DNA of 64,000 nucleotides, from positions 384,001 through 448,000 of the forward strand of contig CAVSSM010000002.1 in the NCBI GenBank assembly GCA_963730605.1, written 5' to 3'. A program made the translations under genes and the position numbers. This document shows, one piece after another, positions 21,500 through 30,039 of the stretch. The first letter of the stretch is position 1, and each line of letters opens with the position of its first letter. This DNA is from an uncultured Chlamydiae bacterium. GTDB lineage: Bacteria > Chlamydiota > Chlamydiia > Chlamydiales > SM23-39. Below the pieces are notes generated by a model, which was given only the letters and a program-made list of their open reading frames with translations, was not told where the DNA came from and did not search any database.

Positions 21500-22327
21500 A
21501 TGAGTTATGTTATTTCCACATCGGTTCCCGGCGTCTATGCCAGCCTGAAGAAGGAGGAAGTGTTATTATTGGCTGAACGCTTTTTCCAGTGCCCTGCTGC
21601 GGCTAAGCTTCTTGGTTCCGAGCGGTTCATCAAACCGCTTCTCATAGACTGCGAAAATATTCCGGGGTCTAAATCGGACGTTGAATATGAAAAGAGTAAT
21701 GCTAATCCCTTAAGAGCGATGATCTTAATTCCGGAAAAGCTTCTTCAGTCGACAAAGGCTCTGCTGGATCTTGCCTTTGAGATCTTTAACACCCAAAGAA
21801 GTTCCTCCGGTTTGGATTTGCAAAAGCAGGCTGAGCTTGGGAATGTGGGGATGGATTCTTATGCTAGGAAAAGAGAAGAGCGAGAGACCGCGGACACTCA
21901 GGAACACCATAAATTGATCAAACAATGCGCAAAATCATGGAAGCTATCTCCCAAAACACTGGAAGAATCTTTTCTCAAAGAAAATGAAAACCTAGAGGTT
22001 GACTTATTTAAGCAAGAATACGTGTGCCATACAGATCGGTACCGCCAAGAATGGATCGATATGTTTCAAAAAATTTATTGCAACAAACATCCTGACGATT
22101 TTGGCCGTTCTTGCAAGACTAAAAAGAAAGATCTTTGCGACCAGGATAAGTTGCTCAGAATGTCCCTGTCAGAGCGATCGGAGTTTGCGTTTAAGCGGGC
22201 TTGCAAACTATTTCCTCAAGCCCATGAAAACGTGAAAAACGACCCCGCCACTAGAAAGATGATCCAGAGGGAATGCCCGAGTGCGCTAGGTAAATCCTCG
22301 AATCAACCCATTAAGAAGGATCTTTGA
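21500..22327 (+). CDS. Hypothetical protein (Cys-rich C-terminus)
   Basis: 275-aa ORF with GGAGG RBS and AT-rich promoter region. Confidence 0.75.
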   Translation: MSYVISTSVPGVYASLKKEEVLLLAERFFQCPAAAKLLGSERFIKPLLIDCENIPGSKSDVEYEKSNANPLRAMILIPEKLLQSTKALLDLAFEIFNTQRSSSGLDLQKQAELGNVGMDSYARKREERETADTQEHHKLIKQCAKSWKLSPKTLEESFLKENENLEVDLFKQEYVCHTDRYRQEWIDMFQKIYCNKHPDDFGRSCKTKKKDLCDQDKLLRMSLSERSEFAFKRACKLFPQAHENVKNDPATRKMIQRECPSALGKSSNQPIKKDL

Positions 22328-22337
22328 CCCTTCTTCT

Positions 22338-23402
22338 TCAGCCTTTTTTTTGGGCGAGGATGTAGTGGCTGGTGGTTACGAGGCCTAGGCGATCCGCTTC
22401 GATGAATGCGTCTCCGTCTTTGCAGAGCCGGTCGAACAGCAACTTGAAATGGCCCGGAAGAATCTTGCACTTAACCAGGAAATTGATAGCCCGATTGACC
22501 CGCGTAAAGAACTTATCGGCATTCTCGATCAAAGGCGCTTGGTAGCCCCCAACGCTCGCATTTTCATTTTTCAGGATCTCGAACCCGGCCTCTTGCAAGA
22601 GACGGGTGCAGTTTCCTACGGAATGGGTGCCGATCGCGCCGATCAGCGGCTTGACCCGGCTCATCAAGGCGGCATGATGCGGATTTTTCGGGTCGTATTT
22701 ATCGAGGCTCGCCCATTCGAGGCATGCGAACCGCCCTCCGGGTTTGAGGAGCCGGTGAATTTCTTTGAAAGTTTTCCCCAAGTCTTTCGCGTAGGTGAAT
22801 ATGCACTGGATTTCATAGATATGGTCGAAAGATCCGTCCGGAAAAGGATAGGGGATCTGATTTAAATTTCTTTTAATGAACTCAGTTCGGCTGGATAGTC
22901 CCTTTTGCAGCGCATATTTTCTCGCGCAGGTTAATTGATCGGGGTCGAGATTCAACCCGGTCACATGGGCTCCGGAACTTGTCGCCATTTGGCTTGCGAC
23001 ACGGCCTCTGCCGCACCCGATATCGAGGGCTTTTTTGCCTGGCGCCAGCCCTAAGTCTTTGCACATATTCTTTTCAAAGAGCTTTTGGTTGGCCATAATG
23101 CTAGCCGATAGATCGATGGCCGGAGGGATATACATCTTTTCCACCTGGCCGACAGAGCAAAGATGGTTGAGCACCGAGTAGTAATCGACAATTTTTTTTT
23201 GGATCTCCTGCTCGTAGTTCGGCCCAAGCTTTTTGATGAGGTCTTCTTCTTCAGCCCAATCGCAGTCGTAGATGACGTAAGAGTTGAGAAACGCGTCGAC
23301 TTTCTCGGGAGGCAGAGTATATAGAGTCTTTAAAGACTTTAACACCGTCGATAACCGGTAAGACCAAAATTGGAACTTTGAAGGAAGCGTAGAAAGAGGC
23401 AT
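22338..23402 (-). CDS. SAM-dependent methyltransferase, sterol C24-methyltransferase-like
   Basis: LDIGCGRG, VTGLN, FPDGSFD and LEWASLDKYDPKNPHH; start uncertain (up to 23495). Confidence 0.75.
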   Translation of the reverse strand: MPLSTLPSKFQFWSYRLSTVLKSLKTLYTLPPEKVDAFLNSYVIYDCDWAEEEDLIKKLGPNYEQEIQKKIVDYYSVLNHLCSVGQVEKMYIPPAIDLSASIMANQKLFEKNMCKDLGLAPGKKALDIGCGRGRVASQMATSSGAHVTGLNLDPDQLTCARKYALQKGLSSRTEFIKRNLNQIPYPFPDGSFDHIYEIQCIFTYAKDLGKTFKEIHRLLKPGGRFACLEWASLDKYDPKNPHHAALMSRVKPLIGAIGTHSVGNCTRLLQEAGFEILKNENASVGGYQAPLIENADKFFTRVNRAINFLVKCKILPGHFKLLFDRLCKDGDAFIEADRLGLVTTSHYILAQKKG

Positions 23403-23515
23403 GCAAACCACCTTAAATGAATTTCTTGAAATATTCATATCGAGCTCGATTCTGTCAACTTCTTTCATGTCCTTCCTTGACTTCGGGACCTTCATGCTGA
23501 GATACTGTCCTCGTT

Positions 23516-24664
23516 ATGCTTCTTTTTAGATATATACCGAAACAACTCGAAGATTTGGTTTCTGCCTTCGTCGGACAGCCACAAGCTTTGAGCCCGCCTG
23601 CACCCCACCCCAAAGACGATGCGTCTTCGGGGACCCCGGCGTTCAACTTATTCAAGTTGAGCTGCTTCGGCGGCGCCTTCGCCTGGCTCAAATCTTGGGC
23701 GCTGCTTCGCATAAAAAAGGTCCATTCAAGGACCTTTTTTATGATTTCGCAGTGGCATTTTTCCCAAATCTTCAAATTGTTTCGGTATTTCCCGATCCTC
23801 ATTTTGCTTCTTGCCGGATGCGGCCGGGCCCCGCAGCCTCTAGAAAACGCAAGGCCCCTCGTTCTCGTCAGCATCGCCCCTTATAAGTTTATCGCGGAGC
23901 GGATCGCAGGCAAAGCCTTGGATGTTCAGACGATCATCCCCCCGCGCTCTAATCCCCATGTTTTCGAGCCGACGTCGCGTCAAGTTCTCGAAATCTCTCG
24001 GGGCCAGGTATGGTTTCGCATCGGGGAGCCGTTCGAAGCGAAAGTGCTCCTCTTGCTTCAAGAGAGCCATCCCGGCTTGATCGTCTCTGACTTGCGGGAT
24101 GGGATCGAGTTGCAGCCGTTGGAGGACGTTGACCACTCCCTATGCACTCATTGCTCGTCCGACTCTCTGGACAGACATATCTGGCTGAGCCCGAAGCTGG
24201 CCGGCCAGCAAGCAGTCCATATCGCCAAGGTTTTATCGGACCGCTTTCCAGAGCATAGGGAAGAGATCCAAAAAAACCTTCAAGAATGCCTTGCAGAGCT
24301 CAAAGACCTTGACTTAGAGATCCGAAAGCTTCTAGCCCCTCAACAAGCGCGCTCGTTCATCGTCTCCCATTCCGCTTTCGGATATTTTTGCCACGAATAC
24401 GGACTAGAGCAGCTCTCCGTCGAACAGGAAGGGAAAGACGCCCGCCCGCGCCGTTTGGAAGAGATGCTCTCAAAGGCGAGACGCCTCTCTACAGCAGTCG
24501 CTTTTGCCCTGCCCCAGCATAATAACAAGGGCGCACAGATGATCGCAGATGAGATACACATTCCGATTCGGATGATCGACCCCTATTCGGCCGACTATTT
24601 CAACACCTTGCGAACCCTTGCCCAACTCATCGCCGATCCCCGGAGTGAGATTTCTCCCTCATGA
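23516..24664 (+). CDS. znuA: Zn/Mn ABC transporter substrate-binding lipoprotein (MITE in signal peptide)
   Basis: NPHVFEP, DRHIWLSP and HSAFGYF motifs; lipobox LAGC. Confidence 0.88.
   Translation: MLLFRYIPKQLEDLVSAFVGQPQALSPPAPHPKDDASSGTPAFNLFKLSCFGGAFAWLKSWALLRIKKVHSRTFFMISQWHFSQIFKLFRYFPILILLLAGCGRAPQPLENARPLVLVSIAPYKFIAERIAGKALDVQTIIPPRSNPHVFEPTSRQVLEISRGQVWFRIGEPFEAKVLLLLQESHPGLIVSDLRDGIELQPLEDVDHSLCTHCSSDSLDRHIWLSPKLAGQQAVHIAKVLSDRFPEHREEIQKNLQECLAELKDLDLEIRKLLAPQQARSFIVSHSAFGYFCHEYGLEQLSVEQEGKDARPRRLEEMLSKARRLSTAVAFALPQHNNKGAQMIADEIHIPIRMIDPYSADYFNTLRTLAQLIADPRSEISPS
23534..23788. mobile_element. Palindromic MITE E2 inserted in-frame in znuA
   Basis: TIR ATACCGAAACAA / TTGTTTCGGTAT; 255 bp = 85 codons; core homologous to E1. 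Confidence 0.85.
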
Positions 24665-25431
24665 AACCTGCCGTCGCCGCTTCCAAGCTTTGTTTTGCTT
24701 ATGAAAAAACGAGCGTGCTGCAAAACGCCGCGTTTCAGATCAGGCATGGCGAATTCATCGGGATCATAGGCCCGAATGGCGGCGGAAAAACGACCCTATT
24801 GAAGCTGATCATGGGATTCCTTGCGCCCCAACAAGGCGCTCTCCATGTTTTTGGGAAGCCTCCTATAGACGAGCGGCGCCGGATCGGATATGTGCCTCAA
24901 GTCAATCAGACGGATCGCGATTTTCCGATCACTGTCTTAGAGTTAGTGATGCTGGGCTCTGCAAAAAGTTATTTTATCTATCCTGCCGCGGTAAAGAAAA
25001 AAGCCATTGAGGCGATTGAAGAACTTGGGCTCGGTCCCCATAAATCAAAATCTTTTGCATCCCTTTCCGGCGGTCTTGCGCAAAAGGCCCTTCTCGCTAG
25101 AGCAATGCTCTCAGACCCCGATCTCCTTCTCCTGGACGAGCCGACCGCGAACATCGATCACGCCTCTCGGATCGAGATCTCCAAGAAGCTGGAGGCCTTG
25201 AAAGGAAAAAAAACGATCCTCCTCGTCACCCACGATCTTCGGACCATCATCGAGAATGTAGATCGGATCCTCTGCGTCCAGACGCAAATCACCTCCTATT
25301 TGCCTCGGGAAGTATGCGAACATTTTGCCCTTGGCCTCTATCATGCCCCTCTTCTTCCAACTAAAGCGCCTGAACGGCTGGCGCACAAAGACCCCGAAAG
25401 GAGCGCCGGTGGCTTCCGCCTTTCTCGCTAA
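24661..25431 (+). CDS. znuC: Metal ABC transporter ATP-binding protein
   Basis: GPNGGGKT, LSGG and LLLLDEPT motifs. Confidence 0.9.
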   Translation: MKPAVAASKLCFAYEKTSVLQNAAFQIRHGEFIGIIGPNGGGKTTLLKLIMGFLAPQQGALHVFGKPPIDERRRIGYVPQVNQTDRDFPITVLELVMLGSAKSYFIYPAAVKKKAIEAIEELGLGPHKSKSFASLSGGLAQKALLARAMLSDPDLLLLDEPTANIDHASRIEISKKLEALKGKKTILLVTHDLRTIIENVDRILCVQTQITSYLPREVCEHFALGLYHAPLLPTKAPERLAHKDPERSAGGFRLSR

Positions 25432-26254
25432 CCCTTTCCTTCAGACGGCCCTAATAGCTAGCCTTCTCGCCTCGATTGCGAGTGGGACGATCGGCTCCTT
25501 CGTCGTCGTCAAAAGGATCGCTTTCATCGCAGGCGCGATTTCCCATTCGCTCCTGGGAGGCATGGGCCTTTGCCTTTGGCTCCAAAGGACCTACAGCCTC
25601 CTATGGCTTGATCCATTGTTTGGAGCCTTTGCCGGGGCGATCGGATCGGCCATGCTCCTCGGATGGATCCATCTCAACTACCGGCAGAGGGAAGACTCGG
25701 TCATCGCAGCCATCTGGTCCTCGGGGATGGCTATCGGCGTCATCTTCATTTCCCTGACTCCGGGGACCAACGTCGAATTGATGAATTTCCTCTTCGGCAA
25801 CATTCTTTGGATTAGTCAGAGAGACCTTCTCCTTCTCGGCGCCCTCGATGTATTCATCCTTGGCTTTATTTTATTTTATTACCGCCGCTTCCTCGCCCTT
25901 TGTTTCGATGAAGAACAGGCCCTGCTCCGAGGCATCCCTGTGCGCCGCCTTTATATGCTTCTCCTGAGCCTCGTTGCTGTGACAGTCGTTTTCCTGATCC
26001 AGATCATCGGAACGGTCCTCGTCATCGCCCTTCTCACGATCCCCGCCACTTTAGCCGGGCTGTTTACCCATCGTTTGTCTGTGATGATCGGAAGCGCCAT
26101 CGTCCTCTCCGCCCTTTTCAGCTTCTTCGGCCTCGAAGCTTCCTATTTACTCGATTGGCCGCCCGGCTCCACGATCGCTCTCCTGGCTGCCCTCGTCTAT
26201 TTCGCCATTCTGCCCTTGAAAAGGAAAAAATTTGGTTGGCGCTCTGCCGCCTAA
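25409..26254 (+). CDS. znuB: Metal ABC transporter permease
   Basis: ISHS..GG, LFGNIL and CFDEE motifs; GTG start after AAAGGAG. Confidence 0.88.
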   Translation: MASAFLANPFLQTALIASLLASIASGTIGSFVVVKRIAFIAGAISHSLLGGMGLCLWLQRTYSLLWLDPLFGAFAGAIGSAMLLGWIHLNYRQREDSVIAAIWSSGMAIGVIFISLTPGTNVELMNFLFGNILWISQRDLLLLGALDVFILGFILFYYRRFLALCFDEEQALLRGIPVRRLYMLLLSLVAVTVVFLIQIIGTVLVIALLTIPATLAGLFTHRLSVMIGSAIVLSALFSFFGLEASYLLDWPPGSTIALLAALVYFAILPLKRKKFGWRSAA

Positions 26255-26318
26255 TATGATTGACATCGCGTTAGTCTATCGGATATGATGTCTGCCAACA
26301 TTTCTGGAGGATTCTATC

Positions 26319-26630
26319 ATGTACGCGATCGTCAAAATCGCCGGTAAGCAATATCGGGTTCAAGAAGGGGATGTCATTGATGTTGATCTCCTCCATGCTG
26401 AAGACAAGGCCTTGAAATTCGACCAGGTTCTCTACTTCAACGACGGGACAAAGTCCCATGTAGGAATCCCTTATGTTCCAAAGTGCATCATCCACGCCGA
26501 ACTAGTCGGCAATACAAAAGGTCCAAAAGTGATCGCCTTCAAATATAAGCGATGCAAGAACTACCGCCGCACCGTGGGCCACCGCCAGAAATATTCTCGA
26601 GTGAAAATCACGAAAATCGCAGCAGCTTAA
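26319..26630 (+). CDS. rplU: 50S ribosomal protein L21
   Basis: MYAIV..GKQY and GHRQ motifs. Confidence 0.97.
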   Translation: MYAIVKIAGKQYRVQEGDVIDVDLLHAEDKALKFDQVLYFNDGTKSHVGIPYVPKCIIHAELVGNTKGPKVIAFKYKRCKNYRRTVGHRQKYSRVKITKIAAA

Positions 26631-26642
26631 GAGGATGGATAA

Positions 26643-26891
26643 ATGGCACATAAGAAAGGACAGGGATCTACCCGCAACGGACGCGACTCCAATTCGCAAC
26701 GCCTTGGTATCAAGGCGACCATGGGGCAATTCGTAACGGCTGGCAGCATTATCGTGCGACAGACGGGAACGAAATGGCACCCATGCAAAAATGTAGGACT
26801 CGGCAAAGATTATACGATTTTCGCCCTTGTGGATGGGATCGTCTCTTTTCAGAAAACCGACAAGACCTACGTATCTGTAATCCCCCAGTAA
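26643..26891 (+). CDS. rpmA: 50S ribosomal protein L27
   Basis: [16 protein letters not shown]. Confidence 0.97.
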   Translation: MAHKKGQGSTRNGRDSNSQRLGIKATMGQFVTAGSIIVRQTGTKWHPCKNVGLGKDYTIFALVDGIVSFQKTDKTYVSVIPQ

Positions 26892-26906
26892 TCCTTTGGG
26901 CCTGCC

Positions 26907-27905
26907 GTGTTCGTCGATAGCGTGAATCTCCAGTTATCGGCGGGACGGGGTGGCAACGGGGTCATCGCTTGGCACCGCGCAAAATACATTCCTAAAGGGG
27001 GCCCAGCCGGAGGCGATGGGGGCAACGGCGGCTCGATCATTTTAGAAGCCGATCCTGAAGTTTTCTCTCTCGAATATTACCGTAACCGTCGCATCGTCAA
27101 AGCCAAAAACGGCATGCAAGGGGGCAGCAATAACTGCAAAGGGAAAAACGGCGCCGATCTCGTTCTCAAAATCCCGATGGGAACTCTTGTCAAAGACTCC
27201 GTAACCAAAGCAATTCTTTTCGACTTCACCGAGAAAGGACAGCGTTGGTCTCTTACCGGCGGTAAAGGCGGGAAAGGAAATACCCGTTTCAAGACCTCTA
27301 CCCACCAAGCTCCCTACATTTGCACGGAAGGAACCCCTGGACAGTCCTGCGAAGTGGAATTGGAGCTCAAGCTGATCGCCGATATCGGGCTTGTCGGCAT
27401 GCCGAATGCCGGCAAATCGACCCTGCTCTCCCGCCTCGCTCACATCGAGGTGAAGATTGCGCCTTATCCATTCACGACGCTCCGCCCCAATCTCGGCATC
27501 GTCCATTTCCCAGAGCGAAAAGTTTTGATCGCGGACATTCCCGGCATCATTGAAAATGCCCATCAGAATGTTGGGCTCGGCTTCGCTTTCTTGCGACATA
27601 TCGAACGAACATTGGCACTTGTCTTCCTCATTGAACTTGCCCCCTATCAAGATCGAGATCCGTACGTTGAGTTTCTCGTTTTGCGCTACGAGCTCGAAGC
27701 CTATAATCCGGCATTGCTCGAAAAACCGTTCCTCGTTGTACTCAACAAGATCGACCAGGAAGGGGCGGCTGACTTGGCCGCCTCTTTTCGTTCTCGCTAT
27801 ACTATTGACAAGAGCAACCTCTTCGAGATCTCTGCTCTCGAAGGTATCGGCCTCGAGCGGTTAAAGCAGCGCTGCGAGAGCTTGTTCAATCAGTCTAAAA
27901 GCTAA
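26907..27905 (+). CDS. obgE: GTPase ObgE/CgtA
   Basis: Gly-rich Obg fold; GMPNAGKST, YPFTT and DIPG motifs. Confidence 0.96.
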   Translation: MFVDSVNLQLSAGRGGNGVIAWHRAKYIPKGGPAGGDGGNGGSIILEADPEVFSLEYYRNRRIVKAKNGMQGGSNNCKGKNGADLVLKIPMGTLVKDSVTKAILFDFTEKGQRWSLTGGKGGKGNTRFKTSTHQAPYICTEGTPGQSCEVELELKLIADIGLVGMPNAGKSTLLSRLAHIEVKIAPYPFTTLRPNLGIVHFPERKVLIADIPGIIENAHQNVGLGFAFLRHIERTLALVFLIELAPYQDRDPYVEFLVLRYELEAYNPALLEKPFLVVLNKIDQEGAADLAASFRSRYTIDKSNLFEISALEGIGLERLKQRCESLFNQSKS

Positions 27906-29574
27906 CGATCAGCCCGAAGTTGTAACGGGAGTGGGTGGGATTGTCGAAACCGTTGTGCCAGAGCTGGACGCCGTAATCGAAGCGGATCGTCACATAGCGG
28001 TCGATCTGATAACGGACGCCGGGACCGATGGAGCCTAGGCTCACAGTCCGGCTTTCGTGGACGAGGGGATTGGTATTGCCCCCATAGCCGCAATCGAAGA
28101 AGGCGAGAAAATAGAGCTCGTCGAAGGAACGGCGCGACCAACCGGCGAGTTTGCCGATGCTGAGTCGGGGCGTTTGGAGAGTGAGGTTGAAAAGAAGGGC
28201 GTTGTCGACGTTGACGACCCGCTCTTCGAATCCCCGGACGGCGTTGTAGCCGGAAAGGGTGAATTGTTCGCTGGGAAGCAAGTTTTTTGTCGAAAGCTGA
28301 CCATTGAGGTCATAGCTGAACCAGAAATGGTCGAAGCGGTAGGCGAAAGAATGGGAAAGCTTGAAATAAACATATGCTGGGCCTGCACCAGGACGGAAGA
28401 CTTCAAATTTTTCCGTAGTGTTGCCGTGAGACATATTGCTTGGAGCGCCATACAGCTCGGCAACTAGAGCTACCTTATGGCAATGGCTCCTATGACCCAG
28501 GTCATAGCCGATCATGAATTGATCGATGCTTACCAGGTTATTGAAAACCAAGACGCCCTTCGTCTTGATACGGGCGATCACCTGCTTATAATCGAATCCG
28601 AGAATGAACTCTTGGAGAAACGAAGTGTTCGTGATAATGGGGATCCGGTAGCGGCCATCGACTTGCCAGCTTTGCGATTTTTCAGTGTCTCCGTTCGGTA
28701 ATTTGGGCTGCACTTGTGTATAGCCGCCATAAGCGATGAGAGTTTGCCTTGCGGGAAAAGGAACGCGGAAAAGGGCTGTCTGCGTATTGAACCGGTTCCA
28801 ATTGGGAGAACAGGTGAATTGGTAGGAAAGTTCCGACTCTTCGACGATCGTTTTGCCGAAATTGATTCCGAAAAAGAAGCGGTCCCTGTCCGTCGGGTCC
28901 GTTCCCGTATTATCTGCGCCCATGTAAAAACGGTAGGGCCACCGGTCGATCGTGGCGAGCTCCAGATCTGCAGTCCCTACTTTCTTGCCTGGACGAAAGA
29001 TGGCATCGGTTCTCCGGAACGGATTTTGGTTCAGCCGCGCCAAATCTTTCAACAATTGCCTCCCATCGATCGGAGATCCGCTCTTTGCGTTGATGGTTTT
29101 CTTGATTTGGCTGGGGGTATAATATTCATTTCCTCGCACTGTGATATTGCCGAGCGTCGCTTCCTCGATGACAACTCGTAAAACACCGTTCGTGACTGGT
29201 TGCCGCGGGATGCTGACGATGACGAAGGGCTGCCCTTTTGCACAATAGAAATCGGCGATATCGGCCTTGAGTTTCCAAAGCGCGCCTTGCGTGAGCGTCC
29301 TGCCGACAAACTCTTCTTGCAGCCGTTTCAGGAAGTCCGGATTCTCAGAGAGAAGAACCACGCCGCTTGATTGCACGCCATTTAGTTCTTTAGGTTCCTT
29401 CTCGACCTTTTCAGAACGGCCAACGATCCAAATGCCCATCAAGGGATCTGCCACCACATCCGATTGAAAAGCCCCCCTAACAGCCAGTGGGGCGCTATCG
29501 ACTGCCAAGGAGTTGGGAGATCCCCAAAAAGACGAAAGGAGCGCCAAGAAACATGCCACGAATAAGTGTATCAT
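27895..29574 (-). CDS. ShlB/FhaC/HecB (TpsB) outer membrane transporter
   Basis: POTRA-like N-terminus, DNTG, VRGF motif and C-terminal Phe. Confidence 0.85.
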   Translation of the reverse strand: MIHLFVACFLALLSSFWGSPNSLAVDSAPLAVRGAFQSDVVADPLMGIWIVGRSEKVEKEPKELNGVQSSGVVLLSENPDFLKRLQEEFVGRTLTQGALWKLKADIADFYCAKGQPFVIVSIPRQPVTNGVLRVVIEEATLGNITVRGNEYYTPSQIKKTINAKSGSPIDGRQLLKDLARLNQNPFRRTDAIFRPGKKVGTADLELATIDRWPYRFYMGADNTGTDPTDRDRFFFGINFGKTIVEESELSYQFTCSPNWNRFNTQTALFRVPFPARQTLIAYGGYTQVQPKLPNGDTEKSQSWQVDGRYRIPIITNTSFLQEFILGFDYKQVIARIKTKGVLVFNNLVSIDQFMIGYDLGHRSHCHKVALVAELYGAPSNMSHGNTTEKFEVFRPGAGPAYVYFKLSHSFAYRFDHFWFSYDLNGQLSTKNLLPSEQFTLSGYNAVRGFEERVVNVDNALLFNLTLQTPRLSIGKLAGWSRRSFDELYFLAFFDCGYGGNTNPLVHESRTVSLGSIGPGVRYQIDRYVTIRFDYGVQLWHNGFDNPTHSRYNFGLIVSF

Positions 29575-29993
29575 TTAGAGCTGCCGGTAGTGATTGAGTG
29601 ATGCATATCATAGAGGCGTTGGAGCGCAGTAGGATATGGCCAGTAAGGGCCATACTCAAATTCCTGATAGAAATCGAGAATTCGGACCGGTTCGCCGGAA
29701 ATCGTCCAATGGGAATAATAAAAACGGGAACAACCGATCGCTTTAGCGGCGGGGATTCCCTTTTCTTTCATCGGATGAGAATAAGACTTGAACTGTTCAG
29801 CAAAAGCCTTTCGGTCGACGATGATGGAAAATTCCTCAATGGATAGCCTTTCAGGAATCAACGTGCGGATCTGCTGCATCGCTTGAAGGCCTATGTTGAG
29901 ATCGCTCCGAATGCTTCCGAAGAAAAGGGCGGGAGTGGCAAAAATCCAAAAAAAGCGCATCGAGTTCACCTGAAAGAAGAGATATTGATACAC
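29571..29993 (-). CDS. Hypothetical protein
   Basis: 140-aa ORF whose stop overlaps the tpsB start. Confidence 0.5.
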   Translation of the reverse strand: MYQYLFFQVNSMRFFWIFATPALFFGSIRSDLNIGLQAMQQIRTLIPERLSIEEFSIIVDRKAFAEQFKSYSHPMKEKGIPAAKAIGCSRFYYSHWTISGEPVRILDFYQEFEYGPYWPYPTALQRLYDMHHSITTGSSK

Positions 29994-30039
29994 AAAAAAG
30001 TTTAATCGAACAAGTAGTTATACCGAAAATTTGAAAAAT

